Under the pieces are notes generated by a model, which was not told the DNA's origin, did not search any database, and saw only the letters and a program-made list of their open reading frames with translations. From Spirochaetia bacterium (GTDB lineage Bacteria > Spirochaetota > Spirochaetia > DSM-2461), in the NCBI GenBank assembly GCA_963668315.1, contig OY764216.1, forward strand, positions 1,024,001 through 1,088,000: 64,000 nt of DNA, in the 5' to 3' direction. Position numbers and translations under genes: made by a program. Below, piece by piece: positions 29,212-38,395 of the stretch (position 1 is the first letter of the stretch; each line of letters begins with the position of its first letter).

Positions 29212-30354
29212 ATGCAAACCTATATTCCCCGTATCAAGGAAGAGATCATTATAAAACATCTCTCTGCTTTTCCAGCCGTTGCCCTTCTCGGGGCCAGACA
29301 GGTTGGTAAGTCTACCTTGGCAAAAAAAATCATAGAAAACTTTGCCGATGCGGTTTATCTAGATTTGGAGGATCCCCGGGATTTTGTTAAATTACAGGAA
29401 CCTCTCGCTTTTCTGGAAGCGAACAGCGGTTCTTTGATATGCATAGACGAGGTTCAGAGATATCCGGAGATTTTTCAGATATTCAGAAGTTATCTGGATA
29501 GAAGCCATCGGTCCGGCCAGCTTTTACTTCTTGGTTCCGCGTCCAGAGATCTCATTAAGCAAAGCTCAGAGACTCTGGCCGGAAGAATCTCCTATGTCGA
29601 AATCAATCCTTTCGTTGCTTCGGAAGTTGACGATTTAAAAAGGTTATGGTTGCAGGGCGGGTACCCCGGCTGTTTTCAACTGGAGGAAGAACTGAGTTTT
29701 GACTGGAGAGTGAATTATATCAGAACGTTTTTAGAGCGGGATATTCCACAGCTGGGTTTCAATATTCCTGCAGAAACATTAAGACGTTTCTGGGGGATGC
29801 TCGCCCATGTCAATGGTTCTCTTCTGAATCAAAGTGAACTGGCCTCGTCACTGGGGGTGAGTGTTCCCACTGTCAGAAATTATCTTGATATTCTGGAAGG
29901 AACATTCGTAATACGCCGGCTCCCTCCGTTTTATACAAACACGAAAAAGAGGCTGGTTAAGTCTCCGAAAATTTATATTCGGGACACGGGCCTCATCCAC
30001 TGCTTGCTGGGGATCGAGAGTTATAATGATCTTCTCGGCCATCCGGCTCTTGGAAACAGTTACGAAGCATTTATCATATCCAGTATTCTTGAGAAATATC
30101 CCCGCTACTACGCCAGTTTTTACCGCTCTTCCGGGGGAGCGGAAATCGATCTGGTCCTTGAAAAGGGGGAAAAACGAATAGCCATAGAGATTAAATCTTC
30201 CTCAGCGCCAAGGGTAACTCAGGGGTTTTATGAAGCTCTCAAGGTCATACAACCGATGAAAGCCTTTGTTGTCGCCCCTGTGGATAAGTCCTTTCCGTTA
30301 ATGGAAGATATATGGGTACATAATCTGAAATCCCTGTTGGAGCTGAACTTCTGA
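29212..30354 (+). CDS. AAA+ ATPase with DUF4143 domain
   Basis: 'GARQVGKST', 'IDEVQ', 'LLGSAS', 'SETLAGR', 'KSPKIYIRDTG', 'EIDLV..AIEIK'. Confidence 0.9.
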   Translation: MQTYIPRIKEEIIIKHLSAFPAVALLGARQVGKSTLAKKIIENFADAVYLDLEDPRDFVKLQEPLAFLEANSGSLICIDEVQRYPEIFQIFRSYLDRSHRSGQLLLLGSASRDLIKQSSETLAGRISYVEINPFVASEVDDLKRLWLQGGYPGCFQLEEELSFDWRVNYIRTFLERDIPQLGFNIPAETLRRFWGMLAHVNGSLLNQSELASSLGVSVPTVRNYLDILEGTFVIRRLPPFYTNTKKRLVKSPKIYIRDTGLIHCLLGIESYNDLLGHPALGNSYEAFIISSILEKYPRYYASFYRSSGGAEIDLVLEKGEKRIAIEIKSSSAPRVTQGFYEALKVIQPMKAFVVAPVDKSFPLMEDIWVHNLKSLLELNF

Positions 30355-30369
30355 TATGTACCCCTAAGC

Positions 30370-31419
30370 CTACTTGGCTGCCTTGACCTCGGTCCAGATC
30401 CTGTCCAGAACCTGGTTGAAATCGCCCAGATCGGTAAAAACCTCGCAGTTGTCAATGACGGCGGAAGGGGGATAGATCGCCGGATCGTTCCGGGTTTCCC
30501 CATCAAGCTGCTCCACGACCGAGGGAAGGGGAGAGGCGTACCCGATATATTCGGCGTTACGTTTGGCAATGTCTTCCCGGCAGAGAAAGTTCAGGAATTG
30601 ATGGGCCAGTTCCTTGTTCTCCGAATTCTCCAGAATCACCCAGTTGTCAAACCAGATATTTGAACCTTCGGAGGGAACGGCGTAATTCAGGTCGGGAAAA
30701 TCCTCGATGACCCACCCGTAGTCTCCCGAGTACACCAGAGCCATGTCCAGCTCGCCTCCGGAAACCATCTCCTTCAGGTTATCCTCTCCGTAAACAAGAA
30801 CCTTGTCCTTCTGGTCGATGAGAAGCCGCTGCGCCTCGGCGAGCTGCGATTCATCGGTGGTGTTGACCGAGTAGCCCAGAAGCTTGAGGGCGGGCACGAG
30901 GGAGTCCCGGGCGCTGTTGTACATCCCGATTCTTCCGGCGTATTTGTCACTCCAGAGCAGGGACCAGCTGTCCACCGGTTCGGAAACGGTTTCACTGTTA
31001 TAGAGAATTCCCAGGGTCCCCCACATATAGGGGAGGGAGTAGACGTTCTTGCCGTCGAAGGGAAGATCCATGAACCTTTTATCTATCAGGCTGCTGTTGG
31101 GCAGGGCGGAATAATCCAGTTTCGCCAGCATGCCTTCTTTTATCATCCTCTCCACCATGTAGTCTGAAGGACAGGCCAGATCGTAACTGTCCGCTCCCTG
31201 GTTGAGTTTGACGTACATCTCTTCGTTGGATGAGTAAAGGCTGTATACGACCTTGCAGCCCGTTTCCTTCTCGAAGTCGGTAATAATCGACTCGTCGATA
31301 TAGTCGCCCCAGTTATAAACGGACAGGACAGGTTTCTCGCTGCCCGAGCAGGACATCAGAATAAGGCTAACGAGTGCTGTCAGAATCACCGAACTCGTGT
31401 AAAAGTACTTCCTTTTCAA
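30370..31419 (-). CDS. potD: Spermidine/putrescine ABC substrate-binding lipoprotein
   Basis: 'YNWGDYID', 'PSDYM', 'PYMWGTLGILYN', 'PSEGSNIWFD'. Confidence 0.92.
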   Translation of the reverse strand: MKRKYFYTSSVILTALVSLILMSCSGSEKPVLSVYNWGDYIDESIITDFEKETGCKVVYSLYSSNEEMYVKLNQGADSYDLACPSDYMVERMIKEGMLAKLDYSALPNSSLIDKRFMDLPFDGKNVYSLPYMWGTLGILYNSETVSEPVDSWSLLWSDKYAGRIGMYNSARDSLVPALKLLGYSVNTTDESQLAEAQRLLIDQKDKVLVYGEDNLKEMVSGGELDMALVYSGDYGWVIEDFPDLNYAVPSEGSNIWFDNWVILENSENKELAHQFLNFLCREDIAKRNAEYIGYASPLPSVVEQLDGETRNDPAIYPPSAVIDNCEVFTDLGDFNQVLDRIWTEVKAAK

Positions 31420-32197
31420 TAGTATAATTCTCCTTTTTTCTATTCTTTCTGCCGTTGATCAGAACCAGTATCAGGAATATGACCGTTAGCAGCAGAGTGG
31501 ACAAAGCATTGATCTTGGGGTTTATTCCCCGACGCGCCATGGCGTAGACCACGATGGACACGTTGTTGACCCCCGAGCCGGTGGTGAAAAAGCTGATGAC
31601 GAAATCATCGATGGAGAGGGTGAACGAAATCAGCCAGGCCGTCATGATCGTCGCTTTGAGCTGGGGGAAGATGACCCTTCGCAGGCAGTACCAGGGAGTC
31701 GCTCCCAGATCCAGGGCGGCTTCCAGCTGGGATGAGGCCAGGCTGCGCATCTGGGGAAGCACGGTGATTATCACATAGGGTATGGAAAAGGAGAGATGGG
31801 CCAGAAGCAGCGTCCCGAATCCGAATTTGAGCCGGAAGAACAGGAAAAGGGTCATAAGGGAGATGCCCGTTACCAGATCGGGGTTGATGAGGGGAAGGTC
31901 ATTCACCTTCATAATCAGATTCCGGGGAGCCTTCTTGAAATGGATGATGCCCCAGCTGGAAAGGAGACCCGCGGCGACGGAGAGGGAGGAGGAGATGAGG
32001 GCGAGGATCAGCGTGGTCCTGAGGGCGCTCATGATCGTCCTGTCATTGAAGAGGGCCGCGTACCAGCGCAGGGAGAAGCCGGTCCAGTTCAGGGCCGATT
32101 TGGAATCGTTGAAGGAGTAGAGAATCAGAATCATGATGGGCAGGTAGAGAAAGACCAGGGCCAGCCCGATGAGGGAGCGGGATAAAAGGCGCTTCAT
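31367..32197 (-). CDS. potC: Spermidine/putrescine ABC permease
   Basis: 'YSFN', 'EAALDLGA', 'FTLSIDDF', 'PKINALST'. Confidence 0.92.
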   Translation of the reverse strand: MKRLLSRSLIGLALVFLYLPIMILILYSFNDSKSALNWTGFSLRWYAALFNDRTIMSALRTTLILALISSSLSVAAGLLSSWGIIHFKKAPRNLIMKVNDLPLINPDLVTGISLMTLFLFFRLKFGFGTLLLAHLSFSIPYVIITVLPQMRSLASSQLEAALDLGATPWYCLRRVIFPQLKATIMTAWLISFTLSIDDFVISFFTTGSGVNNVSIVVYAMARRGINPKINALSTLLLTVIFLILVLINGRKNRKKENYTIEKEVLLHEFGDSDSTR

Positions 32198-33024
32198 CGG
32201 ATATGCTCGCTTGACCTGTTCAGCCGGTTCATCAGGACCATGATCAGCATGATCACCGTGATGAGTATCAGGGAGATGGCGCTGCCGAAGGTTTCGTCGG
32301 CTGTCTTGAGGAACTGCTGCTCCACCAGGTTGCCGATCATCATATCCTGCCCGCCTCCGAGGATCACGGGAATGAGAAAGGTGCTCACCGAGGGCATGAA
32401 CGTCATGGTTATGCCCGAGAAGATTCCCGGAAGGGCCAGGGGGAGGATCACTTTCAGCTGAAGCCTGAGCTGGTGGGAACCCAGATCCCGCGCCGCCTCG
32501 ATCAGCCTTTTATCGATTTTGATCAGGGAATTCAGGATGGGCAGGACCATGAAGGGGAGGAAATTGTACACCATTCCCAGAAGCACGGCCCCCCGGGTGT
32601 AGAGAATCTCCACAGGCTGGGCGCCCAGGAAGGTCAGAATCCCGTTCAGAAGGCCGTCATGGCGCAGGATCGGTTTCCAGGCATAGGTTTTGATGAGGAA
32701 ATTGATCCACATGGGAACCATGAGAAGGAGCATCAGAAGGTTTCTTGTCTCCTTCTGTTCTCTGCTCACCGCCAGAGCCAGCGGATAGGCGACGATCAGA
32801 CAAATCAGCGTGGCCGCCGCAGCCATGGCCAGTGAGAAGCCCAGAATATTCAGATACAGGGGATCGAAAAACGTCCGGTATCCCCTCAGGGTAAGGACAA
32901 ACTTTCCCGTCTCCTTGAGCGGTTCCGTCAGGCTGAAGAGAAGGATAAGAAGGAGGGGAAAGAGTATCAGAACGGCAGACCAGAGAACGTAGGGCAGGCC
33001 GTACCAGTGGTAACGGGTCTTCAA
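32194..33024 (-). CDS. potB: Spermidine/putrescine ABC permease
   Basis: 'PMWINFL.KTYAW', 'YNFLPFMVLP', 'EAARDLG'. Confidence 0.92.
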   Translation of the reverse strand: MKTRYHWYGLPYVLWSAVLILFPLLLILLFSLTEPLKETGKFVLTLRGYRTFFDPLYLNILGFSLAMAAAATLICLIVAYPLALAVSREQKETRNLLMLLLMVPMWINFLIKTYAWKPILRHDGLLNGILTFLGAQPVEILYTRGAVLLGMVYNFLPFMVLPILNSLIKIDKRLIEAARDLGSHQLRLQLKVILPLALPGIFSGITMTFMPSVSTFLIPVILGGGQDMMIGNLVEQQFLKTADETFGSAISLILITVIMLIMVLMNRLNRSSEHIR

Positions 33025-33027
33025 TTC

Positions 33028-34092
33028 TCAGGTCTCCTCGAACATTACATGAATGGCATCCGGTTCAATGAGCATCTCCACATTCTCTCCCGGTTCCGCC
33101 TTGGCCGTACTGTGGATAAGCCATGTCCGGTCGCCCGATTCCACGGTCATTTCCCAGTGGACTCCCTTGAACAGGTTTGAAAGGACCCGCCCGGGGAGAA
33201 CATTCTCCCCCGGGGAGGAAGAGGAGGGAGACCTGAGGATTATATCCTCCGGCCGGATAACCACGCGGGGCTGGAAGTCTCCCTGTCTGAGGGTGTCGAC
33301 GCAGAGGAAATCCCGTCCGCAGAATTCCACCTGGCGATCGCCGGACATCCGGGCATCAAGTATATTGCTTTCTCCCACAAAGGAGGCCACGAAGGTATTC
33401 CGGGGCTCATTGTAGATATCCTCGGGGGTGCCCCACTGCTGCAGCCGGCCCTCGTTCATAACGGCGATACGGTCGGAGAGGGAGAGGGCTTCCTCCTGGT
33501 CGTGGGTGATATAGAGAAAGGTAATTCCCACCTGCTGCTGGATCCTTTTCAGCTCCCGCTGCATATTCTGGCGCAGCTTGAGGTCAAGAGCTCCGAGGGG
33601 CTCGTCAAGCAGGAGAAGGGAGGGATGGTTCACCAGGGCCCGGGCTATGGCCACACGCTGCTGCTGGCCGCCCGAAAGGGATTGAATCGGCCGCTTTTCT
33701 AGGCCGGGCAGATTGACCAGCTCCAGCATCTCCGACGTCATCCGCCGTATGTGCCTGCGGTCTTTCCCGGCGCATTCCATTCCGAAGGCAATGTTCTCGC
33801 CGACGGACAAATGGGGAAAGAGAGCGTATTGCTGAAAAACTGTATTGACCGGCCGCTTGTGGGGGGGGATCGGGTTCATGGACTTGCCTTCCATGATAAT
33901 GGCTCCGCCATCCGGTTCTTCGAAGCCGCCGATCATGCGCAGAGTCGTCGTCTTTCCGCAGCCGCTCGGTCCCAGGAGTGAAACGAAATCACCCTTCGCC
34001 AGGCTCAGGTTAAGAGAATCAACCGCTTTATTTTCACCGTCATAGGATTTGGTCAGGTTCTCCAGTTCTAGGAGAATCTTTTCTTCCCTCAA
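33028..34092 (-). CDS. potA: Spermidine/putrescine ABC ATP-binding protein
   Basis: [31 protein letters not shown]-like end; TTG start overlaps upstream stop. Confidence 0.93.
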   Translation of the reverse strand: MREEKILLELENLTKSYDGENKAVDSLNLSLAKGDFVSLLGPSGCGKTTTLRMIGGFEEPDGGAIIMEGKSMNPIPPHKRPVNTVFQQYALFPHLSVGENIAFGMECAGKDRRHIRRMTSEMLELVNLPGLEKRPIQSLSGGQQQRVAIARALVNHPSLLLLDEPLGALDLKLRQNMQRELKRIQQQVGITFLYITHDQEEALSLSDRIAVMNEGRLQQWGTPEDIYNEPRNTFVASFVGESNILDARMSGDRQVEFCGRDFLCVDTLRQGDFQPRVVIRPEDIILRSPSSSSPGENVLPGRVLSNLFKGVHWEMTVESGDRTWLIHSTAKAEPGENVEMLIEPDAIHVMFEET

Positions 34093-34334
34093 GAATCCTC
34101 GTCTCCGTAGTCTTCGTCATCGGACGCCACCTCGACCAGATCTTCCTGTAGAGCCAGGGCCAGTTCGTCGGGGTATTCGCTTAATTCGTCAATGGGAATA
34201 TCGTATAGCTTGTATTTTTCAAGAGGATTCTCTTCTTTAAGATAGAAACGCTCTTCCTGAGCTCTGTCTCTGTCGGAAAAGACACAGATGGCTTCCCCGT
34301 TTTCAGAAATAAACCACAAGGATTCTTCGGTCAT
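34089..34334 (-). CDS. Small acidic protein (paralog 1), first gene of the pot operon
   Basis: AAGGA RBS; TGA overlaps potA TTG; homologous to 34847..35053. Confidence 0.75.
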   Translation of the reverse strand: MTEESLWFISENGEAICVFSDRDRAQEERFYLKEENPLEKYKLYDIPIDELSEYPDELALALQEDLVEVASDDEDYGDEDS

Positions 34335-34552
34335 GACCCCGTCCTTATCGGAGCAGGGCAGGAAAGCTAACGGTCACTCGCATACGAGGGTGGTTCCCCC
34401 ATGAGGCGAAAATCCCGGGAACCCTGCTGTCGCATAGGATTCCGTGCTGCACAACTCCGAAACACACCGCCCGTAATCTTGTGTCCGGGCGCATAAGCAA
34501 AGAAGATGACAGCAGACTTCCGTTAGCATACAGGGTCCGTAGGTCTGCAGCT
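34335..34552 (-). ncRNA. Candidate cis-regulatory leader RNA (copy 1)
   Basis: GCAGAC-[CTACGGACCCTGTATGCTAACGGAA]-GTCTGC hairpin, then ATCTTCTTTG and AGTTGTGCAG blocks shared with copy 2. Confidence 0.6.
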
Positions 34553-34687
34553 CACAATCGTCAACAACGATAAATGAGTTGAATTAGATATAGTACGTGG
34601 AACAACGTTCTGTCAAGGTTTTTATCTAAGAAAAATAGTGAACTTATTGACCTAGAGAGCGTTTTAAGGGTATAAGCCTCATATACA

Positions 34688-34846
34688 GAGCAGACAAAGG
34701 ACCCTCCATGCTAACAATGTCTGCTTATATCTTTTGTTCTTGGAAGGAAGAATCCCCTCGGGGCTTCAGAAAAGGTATAAGTGGTGCAGTGTGGTTCTCC
34801 CCGGTCCGGGTTTCCCCTCCCCCTCCATCCTTCCCGGGAGGACTTA
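34688..34846 (+). ncRNA. Candidate cis-regulatory leader RNA (copy 2)
   Basis: GCAGAC-[AAAGGACCCTCCATGCTAACAAT]-GTCTGC hairpin, ATCTTTTG and AGTGGTGCAG blocks; downstream of TTGACC-N18-TATAAG (34647-34676). Confidence 0.6.
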
Positions 34847-35053
34847 ATGGCAAAAAAAGATTTCTGGTTTGTCTCCAACGGTATACAGGTTTTGAATGTA
34901 TTCACAAAAAAAGAGGAGGGTGAATCCTTTCTCAATAAGTATAAAGACGATCCTGATTTCGAATATTACTACCTTTATTCCCTGTTTGAGTCTGATCTGG
35001 ACGATTACCCGGATGAATATGAACTGCTCCTCTCCAGAGAGCTTCTAGAGTAG
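34847..35053 (+). CDS. Small acidic protein (paralog 2)
   Basis: GGAGG RBS; shares WF(I/V)S, VF, YxLY, YPDE with 34089..34334. Confidence 0.75.
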   Translation: MAKKDFWFVSNGIQVLNVFTKKEEGESFLNKYKDDPDFEYYYLYSLFESDLDDYPDEYELLLSRELLE

Positions 35054-35193
35054 TATTCCTCAAATCCCCCTCCCCAGGGGGACGGCAATTCCATTCATCA
35101 TTTCTTTCTCGGAGATAATCTGCTTGAAAGGCCTGGCGGCCGGTTCCGCCGTGGGGATTTGCTTTTTTCGGCGCTTTCCCTTACTCTGGAACT

Positions 35194-36039
35194 ATGAACA
35201 GAGAATACAGAGAGATAAATACGTCCTCCGGACTGGCAGCCTACAGAAAAGAACTGGGAGAGAGGCAGATCGGGAAGATCGCCATGGATTTTGAAGCGGA
35301 ATTCAACCTGCACGTGTACGGAGAGCATCTCTGCCTTATACAGGTTTTTGACGGAAGGGATTATCTTCTCATAGATCCGGTGAAAATCGACCCGGCCGAA
35401 CTGAAGGCTTTTCTGGAGATGAAGAGCCCGGTCAAGCTCTTTTTCGGAGCCGATTCGGACAAGATGCTTGTCTATAAGCAGTACGGCATAAAGATCGCCT
35501 CCCTTTTTGATGTCCAGATTCTGGCGGAAGTACTGGAGCTTGAGAAAAAAGGCCTGGACAGCGTACTTTTCTCCCAGCTGGGGGTGGAAGTGGAAAAGAA
35601 AAAAAAGTTCCAGCAGTACAACTGGTTCAGACGTCCCCTGGAAGACGAGGCCAAGGCATACGCTCTGGGAGATGTGGAATATCTCTTCAATCTGAGCGAA
35701 GTGATGATGAAGAAGATCGTCGAGAAAAACCTGGTCGAAGAGATGGCTTTTCGTATAGCCTCAAGCCACCTGGATTACGACAGGAAGACGGTTCCCGGCA
35801 TTTTCAAAACCCCGGCCTATAAGAAAATGTCAAAAAAGGCGAAGGAAGCCTATGCCCGTGCTGTGGATATCAGGGAGGAGATTGCCAAAGAGGTGAACTG
35901 CCCTCCCAATACGGTTCTGACCAAGCAGGACCTGGCGGATATCGCCTATGACAGAGGAGCTATCCAGCGGATCCGTTTCAATAAGAGACTTCCCGAATCG
36001 GCCAGGAACAAGCTCAGGGAGAGGATCCTGGGGGATTAG
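35194..36039 (+). CDS. Ribonuclease D-like 3'-5' exonuclease with HRDC domain
   Basis: 'AMDFE', 'LCLIQV', 'FDVQI', 'W..RPL', 'YALGDV'; 'RE.IAK..N.PP..VL'. Confidence 0.85.
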   Translation: MNREYREINTSSGLAAYRKELGERQIGKIAMDFEAEFNLHVYGEHLCLIQVFDGRDYLLIDPVKIDPAELKAFLEMKSPVKLFFGADSDKMLVYKQYGIKIASLFDVQILAEVLELEKKGLDSVLFSQLGVEVEKKKKFQQYNWFRRPLEDEAKAYALGDVEYLFNLSEVMMKKIVEKNLVEEMAFRIASSHLDYDRKTVPGIFKTPAYKKMSKKAKEAYARAVDIREEIAKEVNCPPNTVLTKQDLADIAYDRGAIQRIRFNKRLPESARNKLRERILGD

Positions 36040-36041
36040 TC

Positions 36042-36071
36042 TTGACATGTGCATGGTAGTGCATGTATATT
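36042..36071 (+). promoter_or_regulatory. Promoter with putative ArsR operator
   Basis: TTGACA-N18-TATATT overlapping ATGTGCA-N6-TGCAT; same motif at 36438-36455. Confidence 0.6.
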
Positions 36072-36082
36072 TTGCGTTGTAA

Positions 36083-36421
36083 ATGAAAGACCCCGAACTG
36101 GTGCGGCAGCTGGAAAACCTCTTTGACTCCGATTTCTTTAAGGTTCTGTCCGAACCGGTACGCCTTGAGATCCTGCGGTTTCTGGCTATGAACGGTACCT
36201 GTTCCATCGGGGAAGTCTCCGAGGGGTTTCCACAGGATCGTTCGGTTATTTCCCGCCATTTGAAGCAAATGTCACAGGAGGGAATGGTTCTCACGGAAAA
36301 GCGGGGGCGCTATATTTATTACAGCATCAACGGAAGAGATCTGCTTCGCCGTTTGGAGAACATGACAGATAATCTGCGACTTTTCCTGCGGGAGAACTGT
36401 CCCGACTGTGGGGATGTGTAG
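36083..36421 (+). CDS. ArsR/SmtB-family regulator
   Basis: 'FKVLSEPVRLEIL', 'ISRHLK', 'GRYIYYSIN'; C-terminal CPDC. Confidence 0.9.
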   Translation: MKDPELVRQLENLFDSDFFKVLSEPVRLEILRFLAMNGTCSIGEVSEGFPQDRSVISRHLKQMSQEGMVLTEKRGRYIYYSINGRDLLRRLENMTDNLRLFLRENCPDCGDV

Positions 36422-36488
36422 TTTTATTTATTTTTAAATGTGCAAATATGTGCATAAATGCCCTTTAAGGAGGGCTAAGGAGATGTTA

Positions 36489-37301
36489 ATGGATCAGGTT
36501 TATGATGGGATGGAGCTTTTTGTTTTTTCCGGAACGGGCAATTCGCTGGATATGGCCCGTAAGTTGCTGAATGGTTTGGGCGGGGGGAGAATCCGCATGA
36601 TCAACACCCGGCTGCTGGAGCAGGAAAAAATAGAGAGCCGGGCGTCGCTTGTGGGATTCGTCTTCCCCGTTTACTTTCTCGATCTTCCCGCTCCGGTGAA
36701 AGCCCTGCTGGACAGGATAGAATTGATACGCGAATGCAGAATCTTTGCTCTGGCGACTTGCGGACAGCTTGAAGGTCCCGTTCTGGAACGGGTCAGCGAA
36801 ATCCTGGAGAAAAGGGGACATACTTTGGAAAGCGGCTTCGTCCAGTATATGCCGGGGAACAGTATTGTTTTCCATGATTCCGATGGGCAGAAGGAAGAGA
36901 AGCTCCGGGAGGCGGACGGGCATGTGGAGGGTATTATCCGCAGTATAAGGGGAGGGGATGCGATCCATGAGGGAAAAAGCCGAAGATGGCATAGGGCCGC
37001 AGGAAAGCTGACCCGCTGGAGTTATGATAACCTCTATAAAGTGGGAGCAAAAAATGCGCTTCCCGGGGAATGCACCGGCTGCGGTCTCTGTGCCCGGGTC
37101 TGTCCTATGGAGAACATCAAGATGGAAACGGCGGCGGGGGAAGAAGCACCGTCTCCCCGCTGGAAGGAAAATTGCGCCGAATGCTTTGCCTGTATTCACT
37201 GGTGCCCTTCCCGGGCGGTGAGAGCGGGCCGTCTGAGGGTTGACGCCGGGACGCGCTATACCCATCCGCGGGTTAAGGCGAGTCAGTTGGGGTGTTCCTG
37301 A
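36489..37301 (+). CDS. EFR1-family flavodoxin + 4Fe-4S ferredoxin protein
   Basis: 'FSGTGNS', 'FPVY', 'MPGN', CTGCGLCARVCP and CAECFACIHWCP. Confidence 0.9.
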   Translation: MDQVYDGMELFVFSGTGNSLDMARKLLNGLGGGRIRMINTRLLEQEKIESRASLVGFVFPVYFLDLPAPVKALLDRIELIRECRIFALATCGQLEGPVLERVSEILEKRGHTLESGFVQYMPGNSIVFHDSDGQKEEKLREADGHVEGIIRSIRGGDAIHEGKSRRWHRAAGKLTRWSYDNLYKVGAKNALPGECTGCGLCARVCPMENIKMETAAGEEAPSPRWKENCAECFACIHWCPSRAVRAGRLRVDAGTRYTHPRVKASQLGCS

Positions 37302-37328
37302 GCAAAGGAATGCCGCTGGAGAATGGGA

Positions 37329-38381
37329 TCAGTTTTCCCGCCGGACCCTGGTTATGCCGTCGATCTCAGGGGAAAAATCGCCCAGGACAGCATCGTAAAG
37401 CGTGGTGGCACCCGTTATTTTTATCCAGCTGATTTCATCGAGGCTAACCGAATCAAAAGTATCGGGATCGACGGCCCAGGCTATATCGACGGCGTCGCCG
37501 CCGCCTGAGCCCGCATCGATAGTTCTGTCGCCCGGAGTATCTGGAGTCGTATAGAAGTAGACCGGATCTATTTCGGGGTAGTCCTCGCTATTGCGGATAC
37601 TGTTGTCGGTAGAACTGTCACCCGAAGCGCCAGACATATCGCCCAGGATCAGGGTAGGGGTGACATCGGCGTATCCTGTAGAAATTACCCCTTCTCCCGC
37701 ATAGGAGAAAAGGGAGTCGGGAAGGGTGAAGACCGAAGATAAGGTAAGAGGGGACGCGGCACCCTGCGGCCACCAGTTCTCTGCCAGGTCATCTGCCAGG
37801 TAGGTGATGTTCTCGGCGGAGTCGCTGGACGAGAGGTGAGAGCCGGGAATCAGATACCAGGTGTCATTCATCATCCCATCACCGTCCTCGTCCTTCATAA
37901 CCCATATAATTCCCGGTTCCTGCCAGGCTTTTGAAGAATTTCCCCCGTACCAGTAGGCATTCCCGAATACAATGAAATCGTACCCGCCTATGTTGTCGAC
38001 ATGGTTTTCGATGGGGGGATCGAACCTTACCGTGACAGAGCCGCCGGCCATGCCCAGGGAGACGACAGAGGAGTTGTCCGGGACGATGGTGCCTCCGCCG
38101 GAAGGAAAATTCAGTAGTTTGGCCGAATTCGCCGAGACGCTGTAGGTGGAACTGTTTACGAAAAGACCCGGCGCTGTAACGCTGTCATCCAGCAGGACAT
38201 CCGCCGGGTAGTATTCGCTGCGGTTATAGGCCAGTGACGGCTCTACCCAGCCGTCGGGGACGTATCCTGCCGGAAGATCTTCGCTTGAACTCTCGCCGCC
38301 GTCATCCCCCGAGTCCGGAGTCAGCCCGGAGCAGGAAATGAGGAGCCATAGCAGAAAGAACGGCAGAATACGCTTGATCAT
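37329..38381 (-). CDS. Surface lipoprotein, BtuH-like (putative cobalamin-binding)
   Basis: Lipobox 'LISC'; 'VSLG..GGSVTV.FD..IEN', 'YDF.V.GN', 'EPGIIWVMKD.DGDG...DTWY...GS', 'GYAD', 'DI.WAVD'; under B12 riboswitch. Confidence 0.7.
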   Translation of the reverse strand: MIKRILPFFLLWLLISCSGLTPDSGDDGGESSSEDLPAGYVPDGWVEPSLAYNRSEYYPADVLLDDSVTAPGLFVNSSTYSVSANSAKLLNFPSGGGTIVPDNSSVVSLGMAGGSVTVRFDPPIENHVDNIGGYDFIVFGNAYWYGGNSSKAWQEPGIIWVMKDEDGDGMMNDTWYLIPGSHLSSSDSAENITYLADDLAENWWPQGAASPLTLSSVFTLPDSLFSYAGEGVISTGYADVTPTLILGDMSGASGDSSTDNSIRNSEDYPEIDPVYFYTTPDTPGDRTIDAGSGGGDAVDIAWAVDPDTFDSVSLDEISWIKITGATTLYDAVLGDFSPEIDGITRVRREN

Positions 38382-38395
38382 ACCTTTTTCCTTTG

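Noticed and set aside
29212..30354. AAA/DUF4143 gene as a defence system or mobile element
   Set aside because: Common solitary family; no partner genes, terminal repeats or integrase seen
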